The notes below the pieces were generated by a model. The model did no database searches. It saw only the letters and a program-made list of their open reading frames with translations, and was not told the origin of the DNA. Of a stretch of DNA of 64,000 bases, positions 53,162-64,000 are shown piece by piece (position 1 is the stretch's first letter; each line of letters begins with the position of its first letter). Position numbers and translations under genes: made by a program. Source of the DNA: Diadema antillarum (lineage: Eukaryota); NCBI RefSeq assembly GCF_040938485.1, contig NW_027270913.1:3038001-3102000 (forward strand), read 5' to 3'.

Positions 53162-56100
53162 TTATCTCGAAGTCACTGTGTCTCCCATCAATTCATCCAG
53201 ATGCTGTCTTGCGTCAGACAAATCTGCCCTCACCCAATCTGGGCAGTCTGTGGAGGCATCCTTCCTCAGTTCGCTCAGTCTCCTCAAAGCCTCCCTCAAG
53301 TTAGCACACGCCTCCGTGTAGGCTTCTGCTGCATCACCGCGACGACGCTTGGATTGCGGGGTGGTCTGGAGAAAGCAAATGACAGCAGGTTGGTCAACTG
53401 ACAAGGTACAAGAATTTAGTGACATCTGGTTGTTTGCACAAGTACTTTGCCTTAACCAACATCATTGACAGAATGAGGAGATGATTTTCTCATGGCAATT
53501 GCATCACAGACGTCTAGTGAAATCACTCATACTACCCAATCAGTGTAACGGCTTGATTTCATTCACATGTAAAAGAGCAATCATCAGTGTTGGGATATCG
53601 TGCATTACGTTGACAAACATTGGCTGAGTGTCTTAGGAGTGCTACATTCTGAACAAAACTTTGATGAGCAGTCTTAAATTGAATATCTTTGTAGTACATA
53701 GCCTTTAAGATATCTTGAAGTAAAGATTATTTGGGAGCAATCTAATGCAGGGCCGGCGCAGTGTTTTCAAAAGTGTGGGGGCCCACTTCCTGGTTTCCTG
53801 AGCTAACAAGCAAAGAAAGAAAGAAAAAAAAAAAAGGTCCTCAGCTCATCTCTCCCCGTCCCCGTCCCACTTCTGGGTTTCTTCAGCTGACAGGCAAAAA
53901 AAAAAAAAAAAAAAAAAAAAAAAGGTCCTCAGCCTCTTCCCTCCCATTTCCGAGTGTTATAAAAAAAGGTCTTCAGAGAAAACACTTAACCTTACTGCCG
54001 CCATACTTCAGGATCTCTATCTATTTCTATTTTTGTCCCACTTACGTACTTCCAGGTTGAAAAAAGTGTGGGGGCCCAAAGTGATGACACCTTATGTATT
54101 CCTTTGTATGGTACACAAAAAGTGTGGGGGCCCCGAGCCCCCACGGCCCCCACGGCTGCGCCGCCCCTGTAATGTGTACCTCATCAACGTCCACAGCATT
54201 CTCTCCCGGTGCACATGTCTGCTCTGTTCTGCTTGTAGCTTGGTCCTCAGTTAATGTCTGCCCTGTGAGCCTCTCGCAGACCTCTCCGAGGTGTTTCCCC
54301 TGAGCTGACAGCAAGTTGACCTCTGACATCTCCAACAGGAGGTCAGCGTGTGCCGGAATCTTAGTAAACCAAAGGAAAAAGGTTTTACTGATGATAATGA
54401 TTGGGAAACTTTTTGACAGAGATCTGAAGTTTAATATTTTTTTCCTGAAACATTGCTAGGGTACAGAGCTATGTTTACTTGAAAGAGCATTTGTCCCTTG
54501 AACTTAGTTTCTCTTTGCATTACTTGGTAAATACCTGGTATCAGACAATTGTGTCTATACACCCACATATACCCAGCCAAGACAGAAAAAATAAATAAAT
54601 AAAAGGAAGACAACAAACTTAGGGTCCCTTGTAGTGGATTTAGCACTTGCTGTCAAGAGTCATAAGTCACAAAGAACACATCAATGCATCACTTTTGTAC
54701 ACAGAAAACATGCAAATGCAACTGAAAGATTCAAGCCTGTGCATTACTACAGAATAAAGTCCATCATGAATTTCGACATTGATACACACCTAAAACATCC
54801 TCCACAATTACGTTAACTTCTGAAGCTATCAGTACATTTAAGATGACTGAAGTGATTACCAAATCTATGACAATTTCTCCTCTAGAATATTTGACACTGT
54901 TCCCACAGCTATCATTTCTAGAGAGAGAAAGACTCTGTCCTCACCTGATTGAGGTAATCCACCACTTTGGTCTGCACCTCTTCCTCTCTGATGCATTCTG
55001 GGACAACAGCCTCATGGCAGGTTTCCTTTCAAAGATTAAAAGCAGCAACACAACAAAAGAAAGAACAGCCATCAATTACACATACACATGAGTCACTGAT
55101 TAATATACACAATTCACATCATGCTAAACCTGCTGTTATCCAAAGAATATCACTATTTCATTGCTCATAAAGTCATCACAGATTGATAAACTGGAAAGAA
55201 TGATATCATCCAACATATCATCCTTCTTTTATTCATTTATTCTATTATTTTGTGTGTGTGTATGTGTGGCTACAGCCACTTCTTTTATCTTTTGCAGCTA
55301 CAGCATCATAACCCTCCAGTATCTGTTCTGTTCTGGTTCCACAGTTGTATATTTTATTTCACAAATGTTGGGACTGCACACAAGACAGAAGGTCCTGCCA
55401 CAGGAGATTTCAGCTGAACCATTTTCTTCTGCTGTCATATAGCACAATTTGGAACAGTGTAATTAAGCATTGCAGACGGATGATGGCAGGAAAGTTAAAA
55501 AAGTAATCAATTTAAGCCATTACATAATAGACATGTACAGCTGTACACTGTGGAGATGGGGTAGCCTGTAAGCCTGAATTCTGATTGAAAGTATGATTTT
55601 CATTCCCTGCTAATGCCTTTAACATTTTAAGGGATGGTTTTATTTTGGATGAGATGGGAGATTCAGATTTTAACTTTTTTTGAGATAATTAGAAACCACT
55701 AATGAAATATTAAAGAGCACACACATCCAAGAGGAAGTCAAAGTTTATTTGATCGAAATCGGTTGTGAAATGGCTGAGATATCAAAAACAAGGTAAAACA
55801 AAGAGGTCCTAATAAAAGGTGGGTCCCTTTTGCTACAACACGCATTTCCCATCGACACCTGCCAGAGCATACTTGGGACTCATCCTCAACGGGTTAAGGA
55901 AATTCTTGTCAGACAACAATCTAAACAGTGCATTATTATGAATATCAGTACTATTATTGTTAAAATTGCTATGAAGTTGTATTAGTACTAAGTAACAGCA
56001 GTAGTATCATTAATACTACTTCTGCTGCTGCTACTTCTACAATGACTACTACTGTGATTGTAGGCATTTGCCAGATCACAAGTGCCCAGGAGTGTCTGGA

Positions 56101-59100
56101 ACCCACACTAGGATGCATTGTCACTCCACTCTTCTCACCTCAGCAAAGAGACTGAAGGCTTCCAGTGCTTGCTGGTGGATAACGAAGCAGGGATCGGAGA
56201 GGGCCTTTGCAAACAGGACTGGAATATTAGCCAGGATCGCTGCTTGCTGCAAGGAAGAGGAAGAGAGAAAAGAAATCAAATGTGAAAAGAAACATTTCTG
56301 GGAATTGATGGGTGCAGAATGGGTGTCAGAAAGTGGAATCAAATCAAGTGCTACTGGAAATTCTGTTGAGTGAAAAGCCGACTGCCATCACTTGGAGGAA
56401 ACAAATTGCCATTTCCATGACTTTTACATTACAACCATGATTAAATCACATAGGTGTATGCAAAGATTAGAATGTCAATAAATCAAAAAGCATTAAAAAA
56501 AAAGCATATCGATCAGCTTTTACTCTTGACACACCTGAACTATCAGACAGGCACTTGCATTAAATCTGACCATGAGCAACTTGGCTTCTGTCTCATAAAC
56601 ACCACTTAAATTTTACAGTATAACACACATTAAAGCAAGAAATGACACAAAATACATATCTATGATTATACATGAAACAACTACCTATGAGATGTACAAA
56701 ACATAGACATCTATGCCATATTAGATGAAATAAGAATCTATACAAAATTTTAAACGGAAACTATTCATGAGACAAATTTGCGCAACCTCTGGACATGCTG
56801 AAGGTGTTCCTTTCCCAAGTTTACGAAGGAAGTTGATGCATGCCAATCGCAGGGTCAAAGGTGAATCTTTTCCCATGGCAGCACAAGCTGTGTGTAGGAG
56901 CTGGCAATCAAAAGTTAAAGCAAAACATGACTTTAAATACACAATCTCCTTTTAAAAAAAAGCTTGCTCTTAGCAAATGCAATGTAAATTTCTAACTGTG
57001 AGAATGATTTTGATGCTATCAAGAATCATACTGACGTCAAACATTTGCAAAAAAAGAAGTGAAGGTTGCACCAAAGATTCCAGATACATGTAGCTATTTG
57101 GATAACTTTGCTACGATGTAGCTGTATGAGACATGAAATAGGCCTCATTGCATTTGGCAGGGATCATTGAATCTTTCAGTGAAAGTTCAGCCAGCCTCTT
57201 AAGACAGGGTAACTTAGGATTAGCATTTATAACGGGGGCATATTTTTTATGTTGAATCAATTGGTCATAATTACACTATTAAAAGAAAAAGCACTGGCCT
57301 ACCTCTGCAATGTGGCCTGGTTTAAGGTGCTGTAAGAGGTGTGCTGAGACCTCCAGGAGACTACCAAGGACGTCTTGGGACAGCTTGTCCAATGACAGGA
57401 CAGAATAGAGCCTCGAGAGGGCTTCAGCTAACCGCTGTGAAAGACCCGCTGCAATTGGATGATTTGTAGCAAAGAATGTGCGCAAACACCAAATGCTTTC
57501 AATCTACGAGAATGAGGGGGAAAGAAAGATGTCAAAATTACAATCATTACTTGTTGTAGGTGTAAACGGCATTACAGAGAGAGTGAGTCTTATATCAATA
57601 AAGTGAGTGCTTTTATTGCCCCTTTGAATAACTTGTTTTGAGCATCAAATTAATACAGAATCGAGAACCAGCAAGTAATCAAAAAGACAATGTCTTCAGT
57701 AAATACATGTATATTTAGGAACTCATCACAGGGTGGCAGAAGGATTAGTGCTGCTCATAGTTCTGCAAATAAATCAGTTTTCAAGACAAGCAAATCTGGG
57801 CTACAAATAAAGCAGAAAAGGGCAAGAAACACCTGCTCATTGAAATATATTGGTCATACAAGTCCTCTAAAAATATGGGAGGAGATGTGCACATACCAAA
57901 TGTTCAGCAAAAGCAGCTTCCTTTCTCTTGCTAGAATCTTCCCAGTCACTTAGAGCCTTAACGCAGGTTGTGATGACTTTGTCACACAACAGATCCCTTG
58001 ATGAGTCTGGTAAAGAGGCTGGTGGAAGGCTCGCCCACAAAGCCAGGTGCTTCTCGATAGCAAAGGCTGAAATCAGCTCCAACTTGAAAGATGGAATGAG
58101 AAAAAAGTCAAACTTCAATGATAATTATTGCACTAGGTTTATTTCATTCACAGAAGGAGAATTTGTTTGATCACTTGGCTGAACAAGGACCACAGACAGC
58201 AAAGTCAGGTGAGCTTTGAAAATGCAATGGAACCAACTGTTTGCATGCAAGTGGATCACTAGATTTATCAGTAGACTAGATAATTCACAAAGGCCTGTGG
58301 ATCTGTCAGTTTTGGTGTGAAAGGATGTAGTACAGAAATGATCCACTTATGATGTGCTTTCTGTATGAGCTGGGTTTAACAAATTGAACTTGTCAACGAG
58401 GTTTTGGACTTAATGCTCAATATACATGACAAATAATCGTCAGTACACGGCTGCACACTTATCATTATTTTCCACTTTAACTATCATGACACTTCCACTA
58501 GAACCAAGTCATCCACAGTGCCACTTATACATGCTTTGTCTCAATACCTGCTGATCAAAATCTCTCGACAGTAACGACAAACAAGTGAGGTATTATCCTG
58601 AACACAAGACGTTGACGTCATAAAGCTATATATGAACCGCTTTACAGATTGCTGGCAATTTAAGAGTACCACAACACAGCTCTTGGCAGTACCTGGTGCT
58701 CACTGGCCATGAGTGGAATCAATCTACGAAGCAGCAAACTGACATGAAGGTACGCTGGACTTTGATTGCTTGGTATGGAGGTCAGAAGGTCGAAAAGAAA
58801 TCTCACATGCTGGTAACAGAGCTCTGCTGAACTATACCTGCAGCACAAAGAGAGCAGAGTTTGCAGTAAGAAAAGATGGACAATTGCTGAAAATAGTCGA
58901 TTTTCATTTTCCCTCTGGCTAAACATGTCTTTAAAACAGCTCCTTTTCTCATCCTAGAGTTTACAGCTGCATGGGACAACATTAAGAAAATATTAATCCC
59001 AACAATTGCTATAAGTGCAAAATCCTCTATGTCGTTAGTTTGCTTACCCTGTTCTACATTAGCTCTTTATGTGGTGCCCAGGTACTTAGCTTAAATTGCC

Positions 59101-62100
59101 AAGATTTTTTTTATCAGCATCCAGTAATCCCTCCAAATTTTACTACATAGATTTAGCATGCCCACTGCAATAGGGACAGCACTGTGCCTTAGTCCAACAT
59201 GAAGGCCACAATTTTGGGTCTACTATGGGTCATAGGGGGATTAAGTAATTTCCATTCATTAACAATTAGATTCCATACATCTGTGCCAATCAGCAAAGAA
59301 AGTACTCTAGTATGAGTGCCAATCAGTGAGCGAAGCACAGTAGGGGTTTTAAAAATCTATACATCCTCATCACAAGAAATCTATTGTATGTTTTGTTCGA
59401 AGTTAAAATACAGTCACTACACCCATTCAAACAGTATGCCAAACACTAGCCTTTAATACAGTTTCATAATCCAGTTGCTTTGTTGCCTCTTCCAGGGGAG
59501 GAGATTATGCTTTTATTGGCATTTGTTTCATTGTTTGTTTGTTTGTCTGTGCGCGCAAAACAGCTCAAAAAGTTGTAAATGGATTTCGATGAAACTTACA
59601 AAAAGGGTTGAAAATAACACACGGAACAGACAATTAAATTTTGGTAGTGATCCAGGAATTTTTATGGATTGTATAAAGGATTTTCAATATTTTGACAGGT
59701 AGGGTCAATGAACTTGGGAGTTCAAGCTGCACATTTCTTGAGGTTTGCATACGTGCACTAAAGAACTCTAGTGTCTGCTATGGCAAGGCGCCCCACACAG
59801 CTGTAAGTTGAAGACATAAGAAAAGCCTTCTATATTGGAATATCGGGCGATTTTCAACATGCACACATACTTGTTGAAATCGGTGATCTCTATGAAAGAA
59901 AAAGATCAGTGGTGGAAATGAGTTGCTTAGCGGAAGTCTGCACTCTCAGAGTGCTTCTCTAGTTAATACTGCTTTCATTCATGTGACTCAAACAAAATTA
60001 GATCTGAGACTTATTTAAGAATGATGCATTGGAATCAAATCTTGGGTGTTTGCTGAATCCCACAAACCTTGCTAGGAAGCACCAGACATCTGTAGCAATC
60101 ATCACACAGGACCAGCAGCTACCCAGGGTGTTCTTCAAGAGGCACTCCTCAAAGGCGTGGAAATATTTGGCTGGTAGGGCAGCCAGGAAGCCACAGAGGT
60201 GTGTGACAACGTGCTCGTGGAGACTGACATCGACCAATGGCTTGCCTTGACACATGACCCCTGGCAGGGTCACAGGGAGGTGGAGTTCTACATAGCCTGG
60301 GGAGAAACACAATGAGTTTTATACAGTTTGAAATACATGCAGCATGTACTAAACTTAACTGAGCAAAATGTCAGGATCTCTCCAGTGCCATCCAAGAGCT
60401 CAGGTTTCAGGGACAAAACATTAATGACAAGAGTCCATTACATCGGGGAATACACACATCATTTGATAGTGAAGAATCTTACAAAAATAACCAGGGTCAG
60501 GATGAAATTACATATTACCATGAAGTCTTCTTGACTGCTACTTAATCCATAATATGCAAACTTTCTGTGAAGTTTTGTCAATATCTGGTGAAAACTTTAG
60601 GTCATGCTTACTGACAAACCAATCAACAGTACTCTGGCAAATTCCATCTCTGTATAGCAACCAAAAGTCAACAAACAAGTTTCTTTATACTGCAGTGCAC
60701 ATATTCAGCTGCCAATTGAATTCATTAGCTGTCTCTGACCAATAAGGTCTAATACTTCACTTTTTGTCTGAAGAAGTGTGCTGCAAAGGGAATCCCAAGG
60801 AAATAAACTTATTTAACTTTTCTAGTTGCAAAAGGTCTACTATCAAATCTTTACAGTGCACTCCTGTTAAAACAAACACGGTTATAGCGAAATTCCAGTT
60901 AAAACAAAGTAAAAATTAGGGCCGCAAAATTATCCGCTCTTTGTTCTTTACCTCTTGTTTGTAAGGTTATAAAAAAATTTGATGTAACAAAAGAAAATTG
61001 CCGGTCCAGAGGACTTCATTATAACAGGTGTCTACCGTATAGTGTCTGCAAAATCTTTAATAAAAGCTCAATCGGGAGAGAAGTAATACAAAGGAAACAC
61101 AAGTACAGAGTCATTTCACACTACAAGCAAAACATGCATTAAAAAAAAAACCCCAAAAAACATAAAGTCATCTTGATCTGCATTTACGCACATTTTGTGA
61201 CAGCAGAGAATACACCCGATATTACATCCTCGTGTGGCTCATCCTCCGGAAACAAAACCGGATCCAGCCATGCTGCCTGGGCATCTTCGGTTGCCAATGG
61301 CAACAGCTTCAAGATGAGGAGGACGGTGAGTAGTCTAGGTAGGTTCTGGTGTGATGGGTGTTCTTAATGAAATGAACAAATCAAAATACAAACAGTTCTA
61401 GCGACTGGATGAAATACAACAACTTGTTCAATTCAAGAGGAATATACATGTATGCATGCAAAGAATGGTTCTGTGATTCTTGGGGGAAGTATCAAGTCTG
61501 CAAAGACATAAATACATAGCCAGGCAATAGACATAGTTTCAAAACAATACTAAGGACAACTCTATACTTTAACTCAATTTATTTTTTTCCTAATAGTAAC
61601 GAATTGACAAAAAAGATATATTTAGAATTAATTACATACCACCAGTATCCTCTCTCAGTTTGAGAAAAAATAGAATTCAATTTGCAGCTGTACCAAATGG
61701 CATTCATAAGTTCTGTTTTTTTTTTTTTTTCTGATGATGTCACTGCATAATGACCTTCACAGATTCTGTATGCTTCATAACCCAGTTCAGTGGGATGTTG
61801 AAGTGAAAATTGTAAAAAATGATCTAAAGGCACTGTGCCTGCCTATACAAATACCTTTATTGGTTGCCAGCAAAGATGCACACAAGTCCCTGCTGGGAAG
61901 GAAAAGTTGCAAAAGTGGCTCAATCCCAACCAACACAGATCTCTGGACATCTGAGAGGGCTCCCTCGTTGATGGGTTGTGCCCCAGGGTTTGGCGGAATG
62001 AGGCTGAGGAGGGGCAAAAAAAAAACAGGTTTGAAACTCAATGAGATAATGTCACACTCTGCACTTACAATGATAGACAGCAGGGGAATTTCAAAGCATG

Positions 62101-63191
62101 TAAATACATTATGTCCGATCTAGATTGTATTCAGAGTGAGTTTCCTTTGTTTTCAGTCCGGCATAACTTTTACTGACGAAGAGACCTAAGACTTTCTTGT
62201 TTTTTAACCAGCTATGAGGTCTTCTCTTCAGCAACATCTTTACTTCAATTATGATTATGATCGTCTTCACCATCATGATAATCATAGCCACAATCACTCT
62301 TATCATCATCATTACAATCTTGTAATTGATATAAAAAATGGAATGTAAACACCAACCCATTATTCATTGAACTATTACAATCATATCATTTCTACCTCCG
62401 CCAAAGGAGGAGGTTATGTTTTCATTACTGTTGGTTTATTTTCTGTGTGCAAAATAACTCAAAAAGTCATGAACAGATTTGGATGAAACTTGCAGGAAAG
62501 GTTGAAAATGACACAAGGAACAGATGATTAAATTTTGGTAGTGATCCAGGAATTTCTATGGATTCTATGAAGGATTTTCAATATTTTGGCAGGTAGGGTC
62601 AACAAACTTCATGAACTTGGGAGTTCAAGCTGCGCATTTTTTAGGTTTTCATATGTGCACTTTAAGTGTTTCTGCAGGGCGAGGTGCGCGTTGCCCAGGT
62701 GGAAATTGATGACATAACAAAGGGCTTCTATAGTGGGAAATCGGGTGATTTCCAGCATGCATAATCTGGGTGGAAATCACTGATCTCTATGGAAGAACAA
62801 GATCATTGGTGGAAATTAGCTGCTTAGTGGAGGTTTAGGCTCTCAGAGTGCTCCTCTAGTTTACACATTGATTTTATCATAAGAAATACACACAACATGT
62901 CCTCAAGCAGTCACATGTTGCCTAGTACCTCTGGAGAAGGAGGAGAAGCTCCAAGACCTTGGGGGCGCTTTGCTCCAAGCACTCGTCAACAAACTCCTTC
63001 AGGACATGATTCAGCATCTTGAAGCACAGACTGCACACCTTCAGGGTGCGGGCAAAGGCCTTCTCATCCCCGCCTTGGGATCCACCGCCCTGGGATCCAC
63101 CACCCTCTGGGGGAGGGCGGGGCGCCAGCTGGAGGGCATGTCTGTAGTGTGATTCCACTTCCGAACACAGCGAGGTAACCAGTGGGGCAGC
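53162..63191 (-). CDS. FIRRM: FIRRM / C1orf112 (FIGNL1-interacting regulator), 3' part, ~676 aa. Exons 62929-63191, 61855-62003, 61192-61362, 60068-60296, 58693-58837, 57897-58082, 57303-57503, 56787-56900, 56139-56246, 54945-55025, 54180-54359, 53162-53365; 5' exons lie beyond the window
   Basis: Phase-consistent GT-AG chain. Motifs recognised as C1orf112-like: LPVTLPGVMCQG..SLHEHVVTHLCGF; DVWCFLARYSSAELCYQHV; LLLRRLIPLMASEHQ; HQQALEAFSLFAEETCHEAVVPECI. Confidence 0.9.
53748..54169. mobile_element. hAT-like MITE, copy 2, with a 5-bp TAATG target duplication, in the last FIRRM intron
   Basis: TAATG|CAGGGCCGGCGCAG ... CTGCGCCGCCCCTG|TAATG; inverted homolog of 27919-28331. Confidence 0.85.
59480..59965 (-). 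mobile_element. Helentron-type non-autonomous element in a FIRRM intron; sister copy at 62390-62862
   Basis: Shared interior AAATTTTGGTAGTGATCCAGGAATTT.TATGGATT and terminal GCACTCTCAGAGTGC hairpin + TCTAGTT. Confidence 0.65.
60852..61039. mobile_element. Short decayed pogo-like MITE
   Basis: TA|CAGTGCACTCCTGTTA ... TAACAGGTGTCTACCG|TA, imperfect TIR. Confidence 0.5.
62390..62862 (-). mobile_element. Helentron-type non-autonomous element, sister of 59480-59965
   Basis: TACCTCCGCCAAAGGAGGAGGTTATGTTTT hairpin end; GCTCTCAGAGTGCTCCTCTAGTT at the other end. Confidence 0.65.
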
Positions 63192-64000
63192 CTACAAGGG
63201 TATAGAATGATTTTATTCCTCCATAGAAACACTTTTCTCTATCATGCACTATTGGTACGTTACAATTTTAGTTTACAAGTGTCGTCATGTGACGTAATAG
63301 CGTCACGTCATTATTGGTTTATTTACTTTCCATTTGACTTCTCAATTATTTCCTCTTGAAATGAAATCTTACTAGTCATGGTCAATCAATCTGTCCAGAA
63401 TAATGCTGCATGTGGAAATTTGGCTCTGGTGCAATTTGAACACACCTTTACAAATGAATTGCCTCATAGTCCTTCTCAGGATTCTCACACGGTCTTCAAC
63501 AAACCATCTACATCTAGTAAAACTGCTTTCTTGAAGAGGAGTTACATGCTATAAACCTGTCAGATCAAATAAGCACTGTAGGTGAAGGGAAAACAGACCC
63601 AAGATTCTTCAAGAGGGTGCTTTTGCATAGACCATGCTTTCGCATCTACCATGTTCCTAATGTCTGAATAAAACCCATTTCTATGGTAAGCAAATGAAAA
63701 ATGGTTGAAATAATATACATCTCTGTTCGTCTCGTGATTTAGCTGTTGTTCTTGACTGGTTCTGCCTTGACATACAGATCCTTCAAAGGCCAAGTTTGCT
63801 TGCTAGCTAGCCACGGAAACTTATGTGTATTAACTATGTGTGGTACATCATAGTCGACAGATTACTATGTATGTGTTATTGACTAGATTTGGATGTACAC
63901 AAGATTGACATGATCGAACCAGCCCAACTTGCACATTGTTGTACCATTAGGGTATGTACAGCCAATCTGAAAGACAATTGAATCTGTGCAAAAGAGAGCA

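Noticed and set aside
58125-58346. Extra FIRRM exon (ORF ...WFHCIFKAHLTLLSVV)
   Set aside because: The flanking exons join in frame as ...SEHQ|LELIS..., matching the known protein continuity, so no extra exon is needed.
63380-63793. Further upstream FIRRM exon
   Set aside because: All minus-strand frames after candidate acceptors hit stops or lack similarity; the next exon is presumably beyond the window.

Overview
AT-rich, intron-containing animal genomic DNA. The repeat content suggests a marine invertebrate, possibly an echinoderm, but this is an inference. I reconstructed three gene loci by hand from GT-AG splice sites and reading-frame continuity. (1) A tandem array of four MGST1-like (MAPEG) microsomal glutathione S-transferase genes on the minus strand (2.6-26.5 kb): three are complete 3-exon genes, and one has its last exon outside the window or lost. 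(2) A complete 14-exon GPR107/GPR108-like gene on the plus strand (29084-44187), head-to-head with the array. (3) The last 12 exons of FIRRM/C1orf112 on the minus strand (53162-63191). The rest is TE-rich: decayed L2, L1/Tx1 and CR1-like LINE pieces, nested pogo-like elements, Helentron-type non-autonomous elements, many MITEs and microsatellites. The three most notable signals are: near-identity of part of MGST exon 3 between paralogs whose other exons are synonymous-site saturated (apparent exon-restricted gene conversion); a 758-bp almost perfect palindrome with a 4-bp target duplication in GPR107 intron 1; and a 7x AAPNPE repeat following a polybasic RRRR site in the GPR107 luminal domain. 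No CRISPR array, tRNA, rRNA or intact transposase was seen. All coordinates were counted by hand; repeat boundaries are approximate.
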